DNA from: Eutreptiella sp. 'Long Island Sound 2002'
Taxonomy: Eukaryota > Protista > Euglenida
DNA length: 64,000 bases
Reading direction: 5' to 3'
Assembly (NCBI GenBank): GCA_964036045.1
Contig: OZ038378.1
Span: 1,426,001-1,490,000 of the forward strand
Positions 12,381-25,224 of the stretch are shown piece by piece. The translations under genes were made by a program, and so were the position numbers. The notes beneath the pieces were generated by a model. The model was not told where the DNA came from and ran no database searches. It saw nothing but the letters and a program-made list of their open reading frames with translations. Positions within the stretch are counted from its first letter, which is position 1. Every line of letters starts with the position of its first letter.

Positions 12381-15300
12381 GTATACCGCGAGCACTAGTA
12401 TGTCGCAATGCAACCAAAATCCTTTTCCACCTAAAATGCAACATCTTGTTTAAATCTCTTCACGCATGAACGCCATCCTCTTATCCATATGAATACCCCA
12501 CGTCATTTTTCCACTCACACATCCCACGTCTATTTTTTTTGTGTTCTTCTGACCCCAAAATAAAGGGGGGCGTCCCTAGTTTGCCTCTCAAACACCACTT
12601 GGTACTCCTACACCTCGGTGGATACACCGTTGGTGCATTGTCCAAGCACTCTATGCATGTGTTCGTCAATCAAATCAGCCTAGGTATATATGAGCAGGCT
12701 ATTTGTGTCCACATACGAAAGTGGATTCACCGCTTCATCAAGAAGGTCTATGGAATACTACCGAATGGCCTCTAGTGCAAAACCCCAAACCATCCACTAT
12801 CTCCTCCAATGGTTGCCTTAAATAACTAATTTTTTCCCTTCTAGGTGAGTTCAAATGGTCCATGGTGTGAAAAGCAGTGGTGGCCCATACACAGGCCCAT
12901 TCTTCCCTAGTTGTATCCTACCCCTTGGTGAACAATAGTTGCGATGCGGGTGGAGTGAGCTTTCTGTGGTTGCCGCGGCAGACGGTCAAAAAGGTGAGTC
13001 CACAACGTATACAAGCAGTCCGTGTAACGACGAACAAGGGCTTTCGCGCACCACATGCTTATGATTCGTTTGCTACAAGATGAAACACACTTTGACGTGT
13101 TTGCTTTCAAGGTTGCGTTGTTTAAGCCCACCCAAATGGGGAGGGGCAGTGGACAATGCTACTGCAATTGTCTCAAAGTTGTTGATCAACATCTCTATCG
13201 AATAAAGTGCAAAACAACCCGGGGTCTCTTCGACCGAAGGCGATGTCCACACGGGGACAGAGGACTGGCAGTCCGTGCACGGCGCGTGTTCAGAACTAGA
13301 TATGAGCCCTCCTTGACCAAATGCGCCTTCAAGGGCGAGGAAGGTGCTGGCGGTATTCTGCTCTATTTGCCAAGAAGGCCTTGACCAAATTCCGTGTGTG
13401 GAGAGACACGAGTTCATCATGAAGGGGAGTGACATATTCTATATATATATAGTCTATATCTTGTGTGAGTTCCTTCAGCGCGCAACTGAAAGCCGGGTTG
13501 CTTGAGTATTGCCCGTCAATTCGCCGCTGCCATTAACATTGTGAGCCAATGAGCAGCCTACGGAGTTTTGCATCCAATTGTCAGCATGAGTAAGCGCACA
13601 CTTGGATATTTTTGCATTGGTGGCATGTACCGAATGGTCATTTTGCAAGAAGTGCGGCAAATGCCGTGCAAACCAATGCGGAAACTGAGGGCTTTCATTC
13701 AGAACATTCAAAGGCACGCTTCGAGACATCGTGTTGTGTGAAGGCCCTTTTGTTACCCAATGACAAAATAATGTTGTTGTGGCCTCCTTTTATTTGCCGT
13801 TGTAACTTTGACCTCACCTGTTTCATCCACAAGCCAAACCGTTCTTGGATCGTCTGGTAAAAGGGAAGGCATGGTGTACCTTGCGAGCATCGCGTTTGCG
13901 TGATGCTGCAGTCTTCCACCTCTCCAAAACTCGCTCTGCTTTCGTTCCAGGCTCCTCCTCGGGTGAGCAGGAAGCTCATGGTGCGGTTGAGGCGTGGTGC
14001 TGGTAGAAAAATGACTTTTGGTGGTGGTGGTAGGTAGTCAACAAACAGAATTTCAGGCACTAGAGTGAGTGACTTCTGCCACGAGGACTCAATCCAGCCC
14101 TTCAACTCTGGCGAAGTCAACCAATGTGACAGCCACAAGCAAATGAGGGGTTCCGCAAGCTCACTCATTTCTAGGGGCGTCTTTGGAGGGATTTTGCCGT
14201 CTGCAATATCCACACAAGGACGCACAAGCCGTAGTTTGGCTCTTTGACGGATGCGATCGCAATTGCTTTTGTTAATTACTTGGTCGCCCAAATGCAGGGC
14301 ATCGGAGCTGTTATGGTCTCTTGTTTGGGGATCATTAGCTCCTAGCACCGTTGTCTTGGATTGCAAGCTGTATCGCAAAAAAGACGGAACAATGCTTGTT
14401 CAGCGTAGAGGGCTTAGGCCTCTCCATTCTTAGTGCGTTAATGAGTTGGCCCCGAGGATATGCTCGAAAGGTAATTAAACCAAGGCACGTTACTAGTTGA
14501 TCTCTCTATGTGCCATCCAATTTTCATTATTGTCTTAGGTTTGTACATGTGCCCAAAATACGTGTACATTTATGATGCAAACACACATTGTCAACATACA
14601 ACATATCTAGGACTGAATGTCGCACTAGTATACCGCGAGCACTAGGATGTTGCAATGCAACCAAAATCCTTTTCCACCCAAAATGCAACATCTTGTTTAA
14701 ATCTCTTCACGCATGAACGCCATCCTCTTATCCATATGAATACCCGACGTCATTTTTCTACACGCACATCCCACATCCATTTTTTTGTGTTTTTCTGACC
14801 CCAAAATAAGGGGGGGGGTGTCCCTAGTTTGCCTCTCAAACAACACCTGGTACTCCTACACCCTGGTGGATACACCGTTGGTGCACTGTCCAAGCACTCT
14901 ATGCATTTGTTCGTCAATCAAATCAGCCTAGGTATATATGAGCAGGGTATTTATGTCCACATACGAAAGCTGATTCACCGCTTCAACAAGAAGGTCTATG
15001 GACTACTACCGAATGGCCTCTAGTGCAAAACTCCAAACCATCCACTATCTCCTCCAATGGTTGCCTTAAATAACCAATTTTTTCCCTTCTAGGTGAGTTC
15101 AAATGGTCCATGGTGTGAAAAGCAGTGGTGGCCCATCCACATGCCCATTCTACCCTTGTTGTATCCTAGCCCTTGGCGAACAAAAGTCGCGGTGCGGGTG
15201 GAGTGAGCTTCCTGTGGTTGCCGCGGCAGACGGCCAAAAGGTGAGTCCACAACGTATACAAGCACTCCGTGTAATGTATGTTACCTTTACCCCAATCATC

Positions 15301-16855
15301 AATCGACGAACAAGGGCTTTCGCGCACCACATGCTTATGATCCGTTTGCTAAAAGATGAAACACACTTTGACGTGTTTGCTTTCAAGTTTGCGTTGTTTA
15401 AGCCCACCCAAATGGGGAGGGGCAGTGGACAATGCTACTGCAGTTGTCTCAAATTTGTTGATCAGCATCTCTATCGAATAAAGTGCAAAACAACCCGGGG
15501 TCTCTCCGACCGAAGGCGATGTCCACAGGGGGACAGAGGACTGGCAGTCCGTGCACGGCGCGTGTTCAGAACTAGATATGAGCCCTCCTTGACCAAATGC
15601 GCCTTCAAGGGCGAGGAAGGTGCTGGCGGTATTCTGCTCTATTTGCCAAGAAGGCCTTGACCAAAATCCGTGTGTGGAGAGACACGAGTTCATCATGAAG
15701 GGGAGTGACATATTCTATATATATATAGTCTATATCTTGTGTGAGTTCCTTCAGCGCGCAACTGAAAGCCGGGTTGCTTGAGTATTGCCCGTCAATTCGC
15801 CGCTGCCATTAACATTGTGAGCCAATGAGCAGCCTACGGAGTTTTGCATCCAATTGTCAGCATGAGTAAGCGCACACTTGGATATTTTTGCATTGGTGGC
15901 ATGTACCGAATGGTCATTTTGCAAGAAGTGCGGCAAATGCCGTGCAAACCAATGCGGAAACTGAGGGCTTTCATTCAGAACATTCAAAGGCACGCTTCGA
16001 GACATCGTGTTGTGTGAAGGCCCTTTTGTTACCCAATGACAAAATAATGTTGTTGTGGCCTCCTTTTATTTGTCGTTGTAACTTTGACCTCACCTGTTTC
16101 ATCCACAAGCCAAACCGTTCTTGGATCGTCTGGTAAAAGGGAAGGCATGGTGTACCTTGCGAGCATCGCGTTTGCGTGATGCTGCAGTCTTCCACCTCTC
16201 CAAAACTCGCTCTGCTTCCGTTCCAGGCTCCTCTTGAGATGAGCAGGAAGCTCATGGTGCGGTTGAGGTGTGGGGCTGGTAGAAAAATGACTTTTGGTGG
16301 TGGTGGTAGGTAGTCAACAAACAGAATTTCAGGCACTAGAGTGAGTGACTTCTTCCACGAGGACACAATCCAGCCCTTCAACTCTGGCGAAGTCAACCAA
16401 TGTGACAGCCACAAGCAAATGAGGGGTTCCGCAAGCTCACTCATTTCTAGGGGCCTCTTTGGAGGGATTTTGCCGTCTGCAATATCCACACAAGGACGCA
16501 CAAGCCGTAGTTTGGCTCTTTGACGGATGCGATCGCAATTGCTTTTGTTGATTACTTGGTCGCCCAGATGCAGGGCATGGGAGCTGTTATGGTCTCTTGT
16601 TTGGGGATCATTAGCTCCTAGCACCCTTGTTTTGGATTGCAAGCTGTATCTCAAAAAAAACGGAACAATGCATGTTCGGCGTAGAGGGCTTAGGCCTCTC
16701 CATTCTTGTTGTGTTAATGAGTTGGCCCCGAAGACATCCACAAAAGTTAATTAAACCAGGGCACGTTACTAGTTGATCTCTCTATGTGCCATCCAGTTTT
16801 CATTATTGTCTTGTGTTTGTACATGTGCCCAAAATACGTGTATGTCTATGCTTAG

Positions 16856-17791
16856 GAGCCTGCCCACTTCTCCTGGAGTAGTATCGGCAAGCACACGTGG
16901 GCGGCCAACATCAACACCCACGCAAACAACTGGTATTTGTCCCTCCTGAACAACGCCCTCAGCATCCACATCCACATCCCGATCCTTCTGACGTATTCGG
17001 ACAAGTTCCCCCGGCCTCTTGTGGACCATTGGGGGCGGCCCTGGACGACGAGATCTGCGAGGCGTTTCGGGATGCTACGCATTTCGGGAACCACCGGTCA
17101 GGCATCCCGGCCCTAAAGGGCCTACAAGTCCGACGGCGCGTCAAGGAAGGGCGCCTCCCGGCCCACAACAGCGACGTGCACTCCGCCAAGCACGTCGTGA
17201 ACGAGGTCGTGCACCGCGACAAGAGTCAATTCCGCACGTCGCTCTAGTGGTACATCGAGCGCTTCGCTTATTTCTTCTCCCCAGATGTTCTTATTACGAA
17301 AGCGTTCGAGACCCTCTACTCCGAGTTCAAGCCCAAGCACGTTGGCGTCCGCAAGGTGACCGCGGTGTTGTTCAGGCAGTATGCGCGGGTGCAGGGGCTG
17401 CCCGCAGGTGTAAGCAAATGGTCGCTGCAACTCTCAACAGTCATGGGTGCCGCCGTGCCAGTGGCTGCGGCAGGCGACTCACACTTTGGCGTCGGTTTCA
17501 CGATCCCAAGCCACACGAAGAAGCGCTCACAGTTGTCCAGATCAAACTGCGTGCACAGGTCGTCCCTGTACACATAAAGAACAGGACGACGATGAAGAGT
17601 GCTCTTCGCACGAGGCTATCCGACTGCAGCAGAACCATCACGAGCTCCAGCAGGCAATGAAGAGCGAGGACACGGCCAAGATCCGGGCACTCCTGGCGGA
17701 GCGCAAGGCTTCGCAGCAGCAGTGTCCCGGACCTCTTGGTTGTCCCTTCCTCCGTACTCTGAGGCAGGTGCTCACCCTGCCTCTGATGTAG
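16856..17791 (+). pseudogene. Last two exons of an unidentified protein-coding gene (16856-17407, 17559-17791)
   Basis: GC3-rich, protein-like text (HTWAANINTHANNWYLSLL...DDEICEAFRDATHFG...RTSL*WYIERFAYFF...). AG acceptor at 16854-16855 and a phase-1 GT..AG intron 17408-17558 keep the frame. One G5 slip near 17030 and an in-frame TAG at 17245. Confidence 0.55.
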
Positions 17792-19671
17792 TGATTTACA
17801 TACCATGAATATGCCCAAAGGCCCCAGGGGGCCCCAGAATTGGCGGCTTAAGATACCCGAGCGCAGCGGAAGATGCTGATGGTATCATTCATTTGGCTTT
17901 GGCTTTGGCTTTGGCTTTGGCTTTGGTGTTGGTTTTGGGTTCTTGGTCCGGTCGTTCTAGCGGTACCAATCTTTCCGCTGCCACCCCTGTCAGTGTACGC
18001 CCCGCGACCCCTTGTTCCCCGGGGGGGGGATGCTTTTCCTTCTCTTGCTTCTGCCTCAGCTGCCTTTAGGGCGTGCTGTTGTGCCTTGGTGTTGGTGTCC
18101 GTGTGTGGGCCACCTGCACCCCTCAATTGCCGGGGCGTGTGCGTGGGGTCCTCTGAGGATCTGCCGTGGCAGGCACCACGGCGGGTCCGACACGCCGCAC
18201 CACCGCACGACGCACGCGGCGATGGGGGATCGATGGCACCGGCCCGGTCAACGACGATGGGTGGCCAGTCCAACAGCGGACCCAGTCCCGTTTCGGGTGC
18301 GCATCGACAACCGCCCGGTAACCGGCGGTTCAGGGCCGTCAACCGCCGCGGGCGCAGCATTGGATGGGTGTGTGCGCCGTTGCACGGATATGTGCGCTTG
18401 TGCATGGGTATGCGCACCCTCCCATGGCTGTGTGCGCCCTTGCATGCGTCTGCGCCTTTGTATGGGTATGTCTACCATTGTGTGTGTGTGTGCCCCATTT
18501 CCATACTCCTGCTTGGGTGTGTCCCCGATCTCCGTGCGTGCCTCACGCCCATGCATGTGCACCCGTGCACGTGTGTTTACCCCCCTGTCTACCGTTGTGT
18601 GCCCACCCCTGCCTGCCCTGGCATGGGGGCGTACATGCTTCACCGATAATTTATGTCAGGTATTCGCATTACCGTTGGAGTACATTACATGTCAGGCAAA
18701 CATTTCAGCGAATGCCCTGTGACGCACAGGCGCTTTGTCTGGTGACTTTTGTGTAGCCAGCTTCCACTGCCGGGGAATCCTGCCATGGGTCTTGGTTCGC
18801 ATATTTCAGCCACGGATCCCCTTCTTGGTGGTATGCGTTGTGTGGCTCTGTTCGTGGCTGAATTGTATGTCCTCCACAGACGACCATCTCCAGATTTTGT
18901 CATGTTAATTGGGGGGCACAGGCGGATCGCACTTGCACTGTGACGACTGCACACTCCTAATTTGCTTTGGTGTTGTGCATATACTCTGAATACCTTAATA
19001 TTCATACTCGCACAGCCCAGCACAATTCAAAGCTAGAGCAACCGATCCGAGTCAATCGGACGCACTGCTGTGTGTCATATCATTGAATTTGTGTGTGCAT
19101 GGTGCATCCTGTTACCCTGTTCCTCGATGTGCGCCTGCTAACCCGAGAGTACTCTTCGTTCCGACCGGGCGCTTCACAATCAGTGATCTCTGTCTTTCTT
19201 TCCATCCTTCAGCTTTTCAATTGCGCGTGTCTGATCGTTGTTGACACTCGAAGCAGAAAGAGTTTCCTGACATCCTTCATTCCGCTGTTTCTCCCCAAGT
19301 GCCGAGGTGCGAGGGGGGAACTGTAAATGTCAAGGGGAGGCACAGTGTACAGGCGCCCGGTTCTGCCCCCCAACTTCGGCTGGAAGCCCCTCGTCAAGGG
19401 CTGGAACGCTCTTTCTATATATGGATTGAACAAGCGCTGATCTGTGCCGATTTGCCTCTTTAATATGGCGTCCCCCCCTGCCAGAGTGCACTGTAGCCCC
19501 GCCCCCCTTCGTCTAAGTTACAGTAGGGGTACCGCCAATGCGGTACTTGGTGTAGATCCCTTAGCAAATGTAAAGGTGCATTCAGGCGCCCCGGTTTTGG
19601 GTTTAAGTGGCACAATTTATATGCAGATGGCGAATAAATGATTTGCGTGTGGAGGACGTTTGGTGTGTTAG

Positions 19672-21628
19672 TCTGTTGCATAGTGCAATGGTGCCCATGC
19701 ATAGTGCAGTGCTGCTTGCCTAAGGAAGTGCTGCCTGTGCACAATTAAGTGCTGCCCATGACCCTGTATATAATGAAGTGCTGCCGACGTATGATGAAGT
19801 GCTGCCCGTGCATGGTGTAGTGCTGCCTGTGCATAGTGAAGTGATGTCCCTCGTTCTAGTGACATGCCAGTCAGATTGGTCTGATTTTTTTTTTCAGGGC
19901 ATTGTTCTTGGGCTTTAGCAGATATGCCAGTGAGTCCACAAGGCCGTAGCGCAAGTGTAGGAAGACACCCCCCCCCCCTTCCCCCCCACGCACATGCCTT
20001 TCCTCCCATATCGGAAGTGACAATTATGGCCCCACTCCAGAGTTTTACATTATGGTAGCAGTTTTTTTGGTCATCATTTTGCCATTTCCTGATCCCAGAG
20101 TGTCAGCAGACGTTGCATTTCACAGTGTTGCGTTCTCTCCGGATCTGTGCCTGCAACTGTGATGTCCAGTCTACGCCCAGCTACTGTCTTCCTGACGGCA
20201 AGTGCCAGCTTCAATGGCATTTGTAACCGACATTAGCCGCCCCCATCCGCTTTGGCGTCCTCCTCCAACCGTCCATCTGACCGCCTCTGAGGTTCCTCCC
20301 CTTCTAATGCATCCCTGGTCTAGGCCCCTGCATGTGGCATAAATCTGAAAGTTCATGTAGTTCTGCCACCGTAAACCCTCACGACGTTCCTCTTCGTGGC
20401 TATTCTGTTGCATAGTGCAATGGTGCCCATGCATAGTGCAGTGCTGCTTGCCTAAGGAAGTGCTACCTGTGCACAAGTAAGTGCTGCCCATGACCCTGTA
20501 TATAATGAAGTGCTGCCGACGTATGATGAAGTGCTGCCCGTGCATGGTGTAGTGCTGCCTGTGCATAGTGAAGTGATGTCCCTCGTTCTAGTGACATGCC
20601 AGTCAGATTGGTCTGATTTTTTTTTTCAGGGCATTGTTCTTGGGCTTTAGCAGATATGCCAGTGAGTCCACAAGGCCGTAGCGCAAGTGTAGGAAGACAC
20701 CCCCCCCCCCTTCCCCCCCACGCACATGCCTTTCCTCCCATATCGGAAGTGACAATTATGGCCCCACACCAGAGTTTTACATTATGGTAGCAGTTTTTTT
20801 GGTCATCATTTTGCCATTTCCTGATCCCAGAGTGTCAGCAGACGTTGCATTTCACAGTGTTGCGTTCTCTCCGGATCTGTGCCTGCAACTGTGATGTCCA
20901 GTCTACGCCCAGCTACTGTCTTCCTGACGGCAAGTGCCAGCTTCAATGCATTTGTAACCGACATTAGCCGCCCCCATCCGCTTTGGCGTCCTCCTCCAAC
21001 CGTCCATCTGACCGCCTCTGAGGTTCCTCCCCTTCTAATGCATCCCTGGTCTAGGCCCCTGCATGTGGCATAAATCTGAAAGTTCATGTAGTTCTGCCAC
21101 CGTAAACCCTCACGACGTTCCTCTTCGTGGCTATTCTGTTGCATAGTGCAATGGTGCCCATGCATAGTGCAGTGCTGCTTGCCTAAGGAAGTGCTGCCTG
21201 TGCACAAGTAAGTGCTGCCCATGACCCTGTATATAATGAAGTGCTGCCGACGTATGATGAAGTGCTGCCCGTGCATGGTGTAGTGCTGCCTGTGCATAGT
21301 GAAGTGATGTCCCTCGTTCTAGTGACATGCCAGTCAGATTGGTCTGATTTTTTTTTTCAGGGCATTGTTCTTGGGCTTTAGCAGATATGCCAGTGAGTCC
21401 ACAAGGCCGTAGCGCAAGTGTAGGAAGACACCCCCCCCCCTTCCCCCCCACGCACATGCCTTTCCTCCCATATCGGAAGTGACAATTATGGCCCCACTCC
21501 AGAGTTTTACATTATGGTAGCAGTTTTTTTGGTCATCATTTTGCCATTTCCTGATCCCAGAGTGTCAGCAGACGTTGCATTTCACAGTGTTGCGTTCTCT
21601 CCCGATCTGTGCCTCCAACTGTGATGTC
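19672..21628. repeat. ~731-bp tandem repeat, ~2.7 near-identical copies, with internal ~20-bp AGTGCTGCC subrepeats
   Basis: tctgttgcatagtgcaatgg at 19672, 20404, 21135. Confidence 0.95.
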
Positions 21629-23599
21629 AGTAGTTTTGGGTTGTTGGATGTCGTTGAAGAATTTCATTTTTTGGTGCCTCCCCTCTGCATATGCCAGCCG
21701 CTCCCCCTTCTGGAAGTTCGAAACATGGCCCCCTTTGCCACTGGTCCCAACTTTGAAATGCAGAATAATGGCCTGGGCCATTCGCATTGGGGCGGCTGGC
21801 TGCGTGTTCTACCCTTTGGCCATATGATGAGATTGTGGTCGCGCAACTTGTACAATGCATTGATGTTTGTTTCTTACGCCGTCTTTGCAGTACAGCCCAA
21901 TGTGTGCAGCAGCTTGATTGTCTTCTTCAGCCAATTAGCATGACATTTTGATTGAGTTTTTGGGAATGCCATGCACGCAGTGCGAAGTTTTGGATGTCGG
22001 CAAATACTCGAACCCTAGTTTCGGCCCCTTTTCACAAGTTTTTGGTTCCGTACTAAGGTTTTTTTTAGCTTCCTAAGCTTTTAGGATTTTAGGATTTGAA
22101 TCGTCAACCATTTTTGCCCATTTTCAACCATTTCCTCTATTTCCTCCCCCTCACCCTTGCCATGTATAATGGACAGGACCTTGGACGGGTGGACTGTTTG
22201 CTGAAGGACCGTGGAAGTATGTCTTGCACATGTTGTTTGTGTCAGACACCTGACATGACAATCACTATCACTCCCTTTTCTTCCAGCTGGGCGGTAACGG
22301 GTATTGGGAGGGCCGCATTCTTCAACCAAATGTCTGCAAATTCGGAAACACCTGATCAATGAACAGCATTACAAACCCGATTAGTTTCAAGATCGATATA
22401 AACACGTCCTTGGGCGTATGTTGCCAATCGACACCAGCTTGGAGGGCTGTCAGGCTGCAGCAGGGGCTCATCAACATTCCCAACATAACACACAGGAGCA
22501 GACTATTGTGGATCTAGTGGGGCATTTGAATGGGGTCACATGTACCACCGGTGGGCTTTGCTGCTTCGCCATGCTACTAGACAGGTGACGGGTATTCTTG
22601 GGTGAGTATCCCAGCCTATGCGTGCGCAGTATGCACTGCGTGCGCACGCGGTGCACACACAGTGCAAGAACTTGGCCATTGATTGTTTTGTGATTGGTCA
22701 TGGCCCTGTCCGCTGTGAGTTGAACCCCCCCTTCCCCAGGCTGCAGTAACAAGAGTTAGTTATAGCAACAACTAGTTGTAGACAATTGTGCTTCCAAGGC
22801 CAACCCTCACCCCATTTATTGGGATGCGAGCAACGTAGGAGTGTTGGAGTGTTGCAAGATAAGCGGCACGACAGATTGTGTCATGTCAGGGGTGGGGGAG
22901 CACGGCTCAGATGCATTGACAATTTGGAACAGGTTGCAATGTGAACAGGTAAATGGGTTGCAGGGCATAAAGTCGGCAATCTTGAACGGCTCATTTCGGG
23001 TGTTTGACCTCCATCGAAGGAACTCGAAAACAAATCAATGAGTGATTTGGGAGAGCTATCATGTATGTGAGGGATTGCGGAAGACGGGGGGAGTATTAGC
23101 TTGCCGGAGAGCGCCAGGCAATTTTTTTTTAGACCATTCCCCACCTATGCCCGCCACCCCCCCCCCCCTCACCAAATGATCTGCCCCCAAGAACTCAGGG
23201 GTGATGTAGACCCTTGTGAATTCGGCCCCTTCTATTTTTTTGTTCAATTGAAAGCTCACTCACCCTACTAGCTAGTCCCAAGGCCGCATATGTGTCCACC
23301 TCATCCTCAAGAGGACCGGGGGGCAAAGTGGCTTGCGGAGGGAATCCACGTCAACCTCTGTTTTCGACTTGTGGTACAACCATGCATCCTCATCAGCAGG
23401 GATGCGTCTCCAGTACGGCTAGACGCCCAAATAGTTACAAGGCGTGCGCACTGCGCTAAGGGCTCCCCCCAAATGGGAACATTTCAAGTGCATTTTGTTG
23501 CACACCACGTCCACCTACGCTAGTGTAACTGTGCGGGAATAGTTGCCTAGCACGCTACCTTTGTATTAAGTATCGTTGCTCTAGCCCCAAGTTTGTCCT

Positions 23600-24260
23600 C
23601 ACCGAGGGAAGTCCCCCAAGTAGACTGCACTAGACCGCAAACCTTCCCTACAAAGCACGTTGCATAAGCCGGAATATGAGAATTGAACAACATGAAATGT
23701 CACCCAGAATGTGATTAACAAATAATATTGTTCCTTCAAGTGTGGGTGTCAATACATTCACAACAATAGTGCTCCTCACATTCACAACAATAGTGCTCCT
23801 TACAGTCATCACAAACGGTGGCGGTGGAGCGCTTATGACAACAAGTAAACCCAACCCTAACACACTTCTACCTCATCCTCTCCCTCATCCTCCGTGGCGG
23901 CCGAGTTGCTCTCGGCCGTCCAAACACGAGGCGGAACATGGTCCCATGGTCTATGGGGAGGGCCACCCTCCCCATAGACCATGGGGCCATGGGACCTGCC
24001 TCCAAATACAAAATTGAGAAAAATGCAATAATATATGGACGGACTGGTGCAACTCACCGGGGCCGCCACGCCAAATGTTCCTAACCAAGCTCCAAAGCGA
24101 GCAAACAATTGCTCAATGCGTCTGCGGTACCACCCATGTACATCGTTATAACATGTTTGGCAGGATGTCAAACTTCCATTCTTTCTTCCAATAAATGGCA
24201 CAATGACATGGACCCGGCCTTTATAAGCACCATCATGGCCCCCAACTTCGAAATCACCAT
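23600..24260 (-). mobile_element. PIF/Harbinger-ISL2EU-type DDE transposase remnant plus Cys/His zinc-finger remnant
   Basis: DFEVGGHDGAYKGRVHVIVPF...YNDVHGWYRRRIEQLFARF (DGAY and Y-x2-R-x3-IE-x2-F motifs), followed by CCHKRSTATVCDDCKEHYC..CIDTH. Inverted homolog of 27170-27560. Confidence 0.65.
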
Positions 24261-25224
24261 ATGCATTTGGGCAGGCTTTGGGCGGGGCTTCTCGGGCCGC
24301 TTCAGCCGGGGCTTTCAGGGCCGCTTCAGCCGGGGTCTTCCGGGTCCCCAGAGGACATGTGTCCGCATTTTGCATGATGTCTTATATACAGGGAAGGTAG
24401 CTTGCATTTGTCTTGAGCTAGGGTAGTTTGGATGACCTAAATTTAGGGGCGTTTGGGTAGCTGGGGTGGCCTAATTTTGAGGGTGTTTGGAAGGGTCAGT
24501 ATGGGGGTTCTTCGCAGGGGAATCTAGTCTAAAGTGCGCAGTGCAAGGACGCCCCCTTGCAATCACTGACGGGAAAGGGGGTCCAGACTGGAGGGGACAA
24601 TGCTTTTACTATGCCACCCATCCATGTTCTACTACAGCAACAGGATGTATCTGACCAGTGCTGCATGTGACTCCCTCCTTCACCTGCAACGAATCCACGG
24701 GTCGCTTCTGTAGCTCCCAATGGGTGCAGCTTTTCGACAAATAGACAGAGATACTCCATTGACTGACACTGAGCACGCGGTTCCTGCCACATGATCATTA
24801 ATGTACTACCTTCTATTTCGTTTGTGTGCATTTTCAGCCTAGCTTCGGACATCTTCGTTTCACTTCAGGCATACCATTGAGCGAGGGCGGTTGGACAATT
24901 GCTCCAGGAGGGGGGGGGAATCTTGAAGGGGCGCTCTTCTTTCAGGGACCTGGAATTTGGCCGTTTCCGGACACAAAAATTCGAAAAGGGACTGTCATGA
25001 AAAGGGGGGGCAAAGGATGACTGATATGACTCCCCTTCTACGTGCTGTTTTCCCCCAATTCCACACTGTCTGTCCCATTCCTTGTCACAACGCCTGGCTT
25101 GCTGCTTGCCACGCGTCACGGCTCATGACTGCGCGTCGCACGGCCTGCGCCCCAGTCTATGTTGCGGGCGCCGAACGCTTTCTCCAGATCCGTTTTTGTA
25201 TCCATGAGCCACGTTTTGGTGCAG

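Larger units (their letters stand above)
7378..16842. mobile_element. Head-to-tail array of a ~2.25-kb unit: partial copy 7378-8789; copies 8790-12398 (includes MITE), 12399-14645, 14646-16842 (3'-truncated)
   Basis: Near-identical blocks with the junction ACTAGTATACCGCGAGCACTAG at 8768-8789 and 14624-14645, and split by the MITE at 11021/12398. The same degenerate ORFs recur in each copy. No transposase is recognisable. Confidence 0.85.

Noticed and set aside
7384-16754. Recurrent ORFs in the 2.25-kb unit as a transposase or recombinase
   Set aside because: No catalytic motif is recognisable, and the frames are not conserved between copies.
22380-23050. Possible decayed tyrosine-recombinase or other coding remnant on the minus strand
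   Set aside because: Only vague protein-like stretches with several stops; no R-H-R-H-Y motif set could be assembled.
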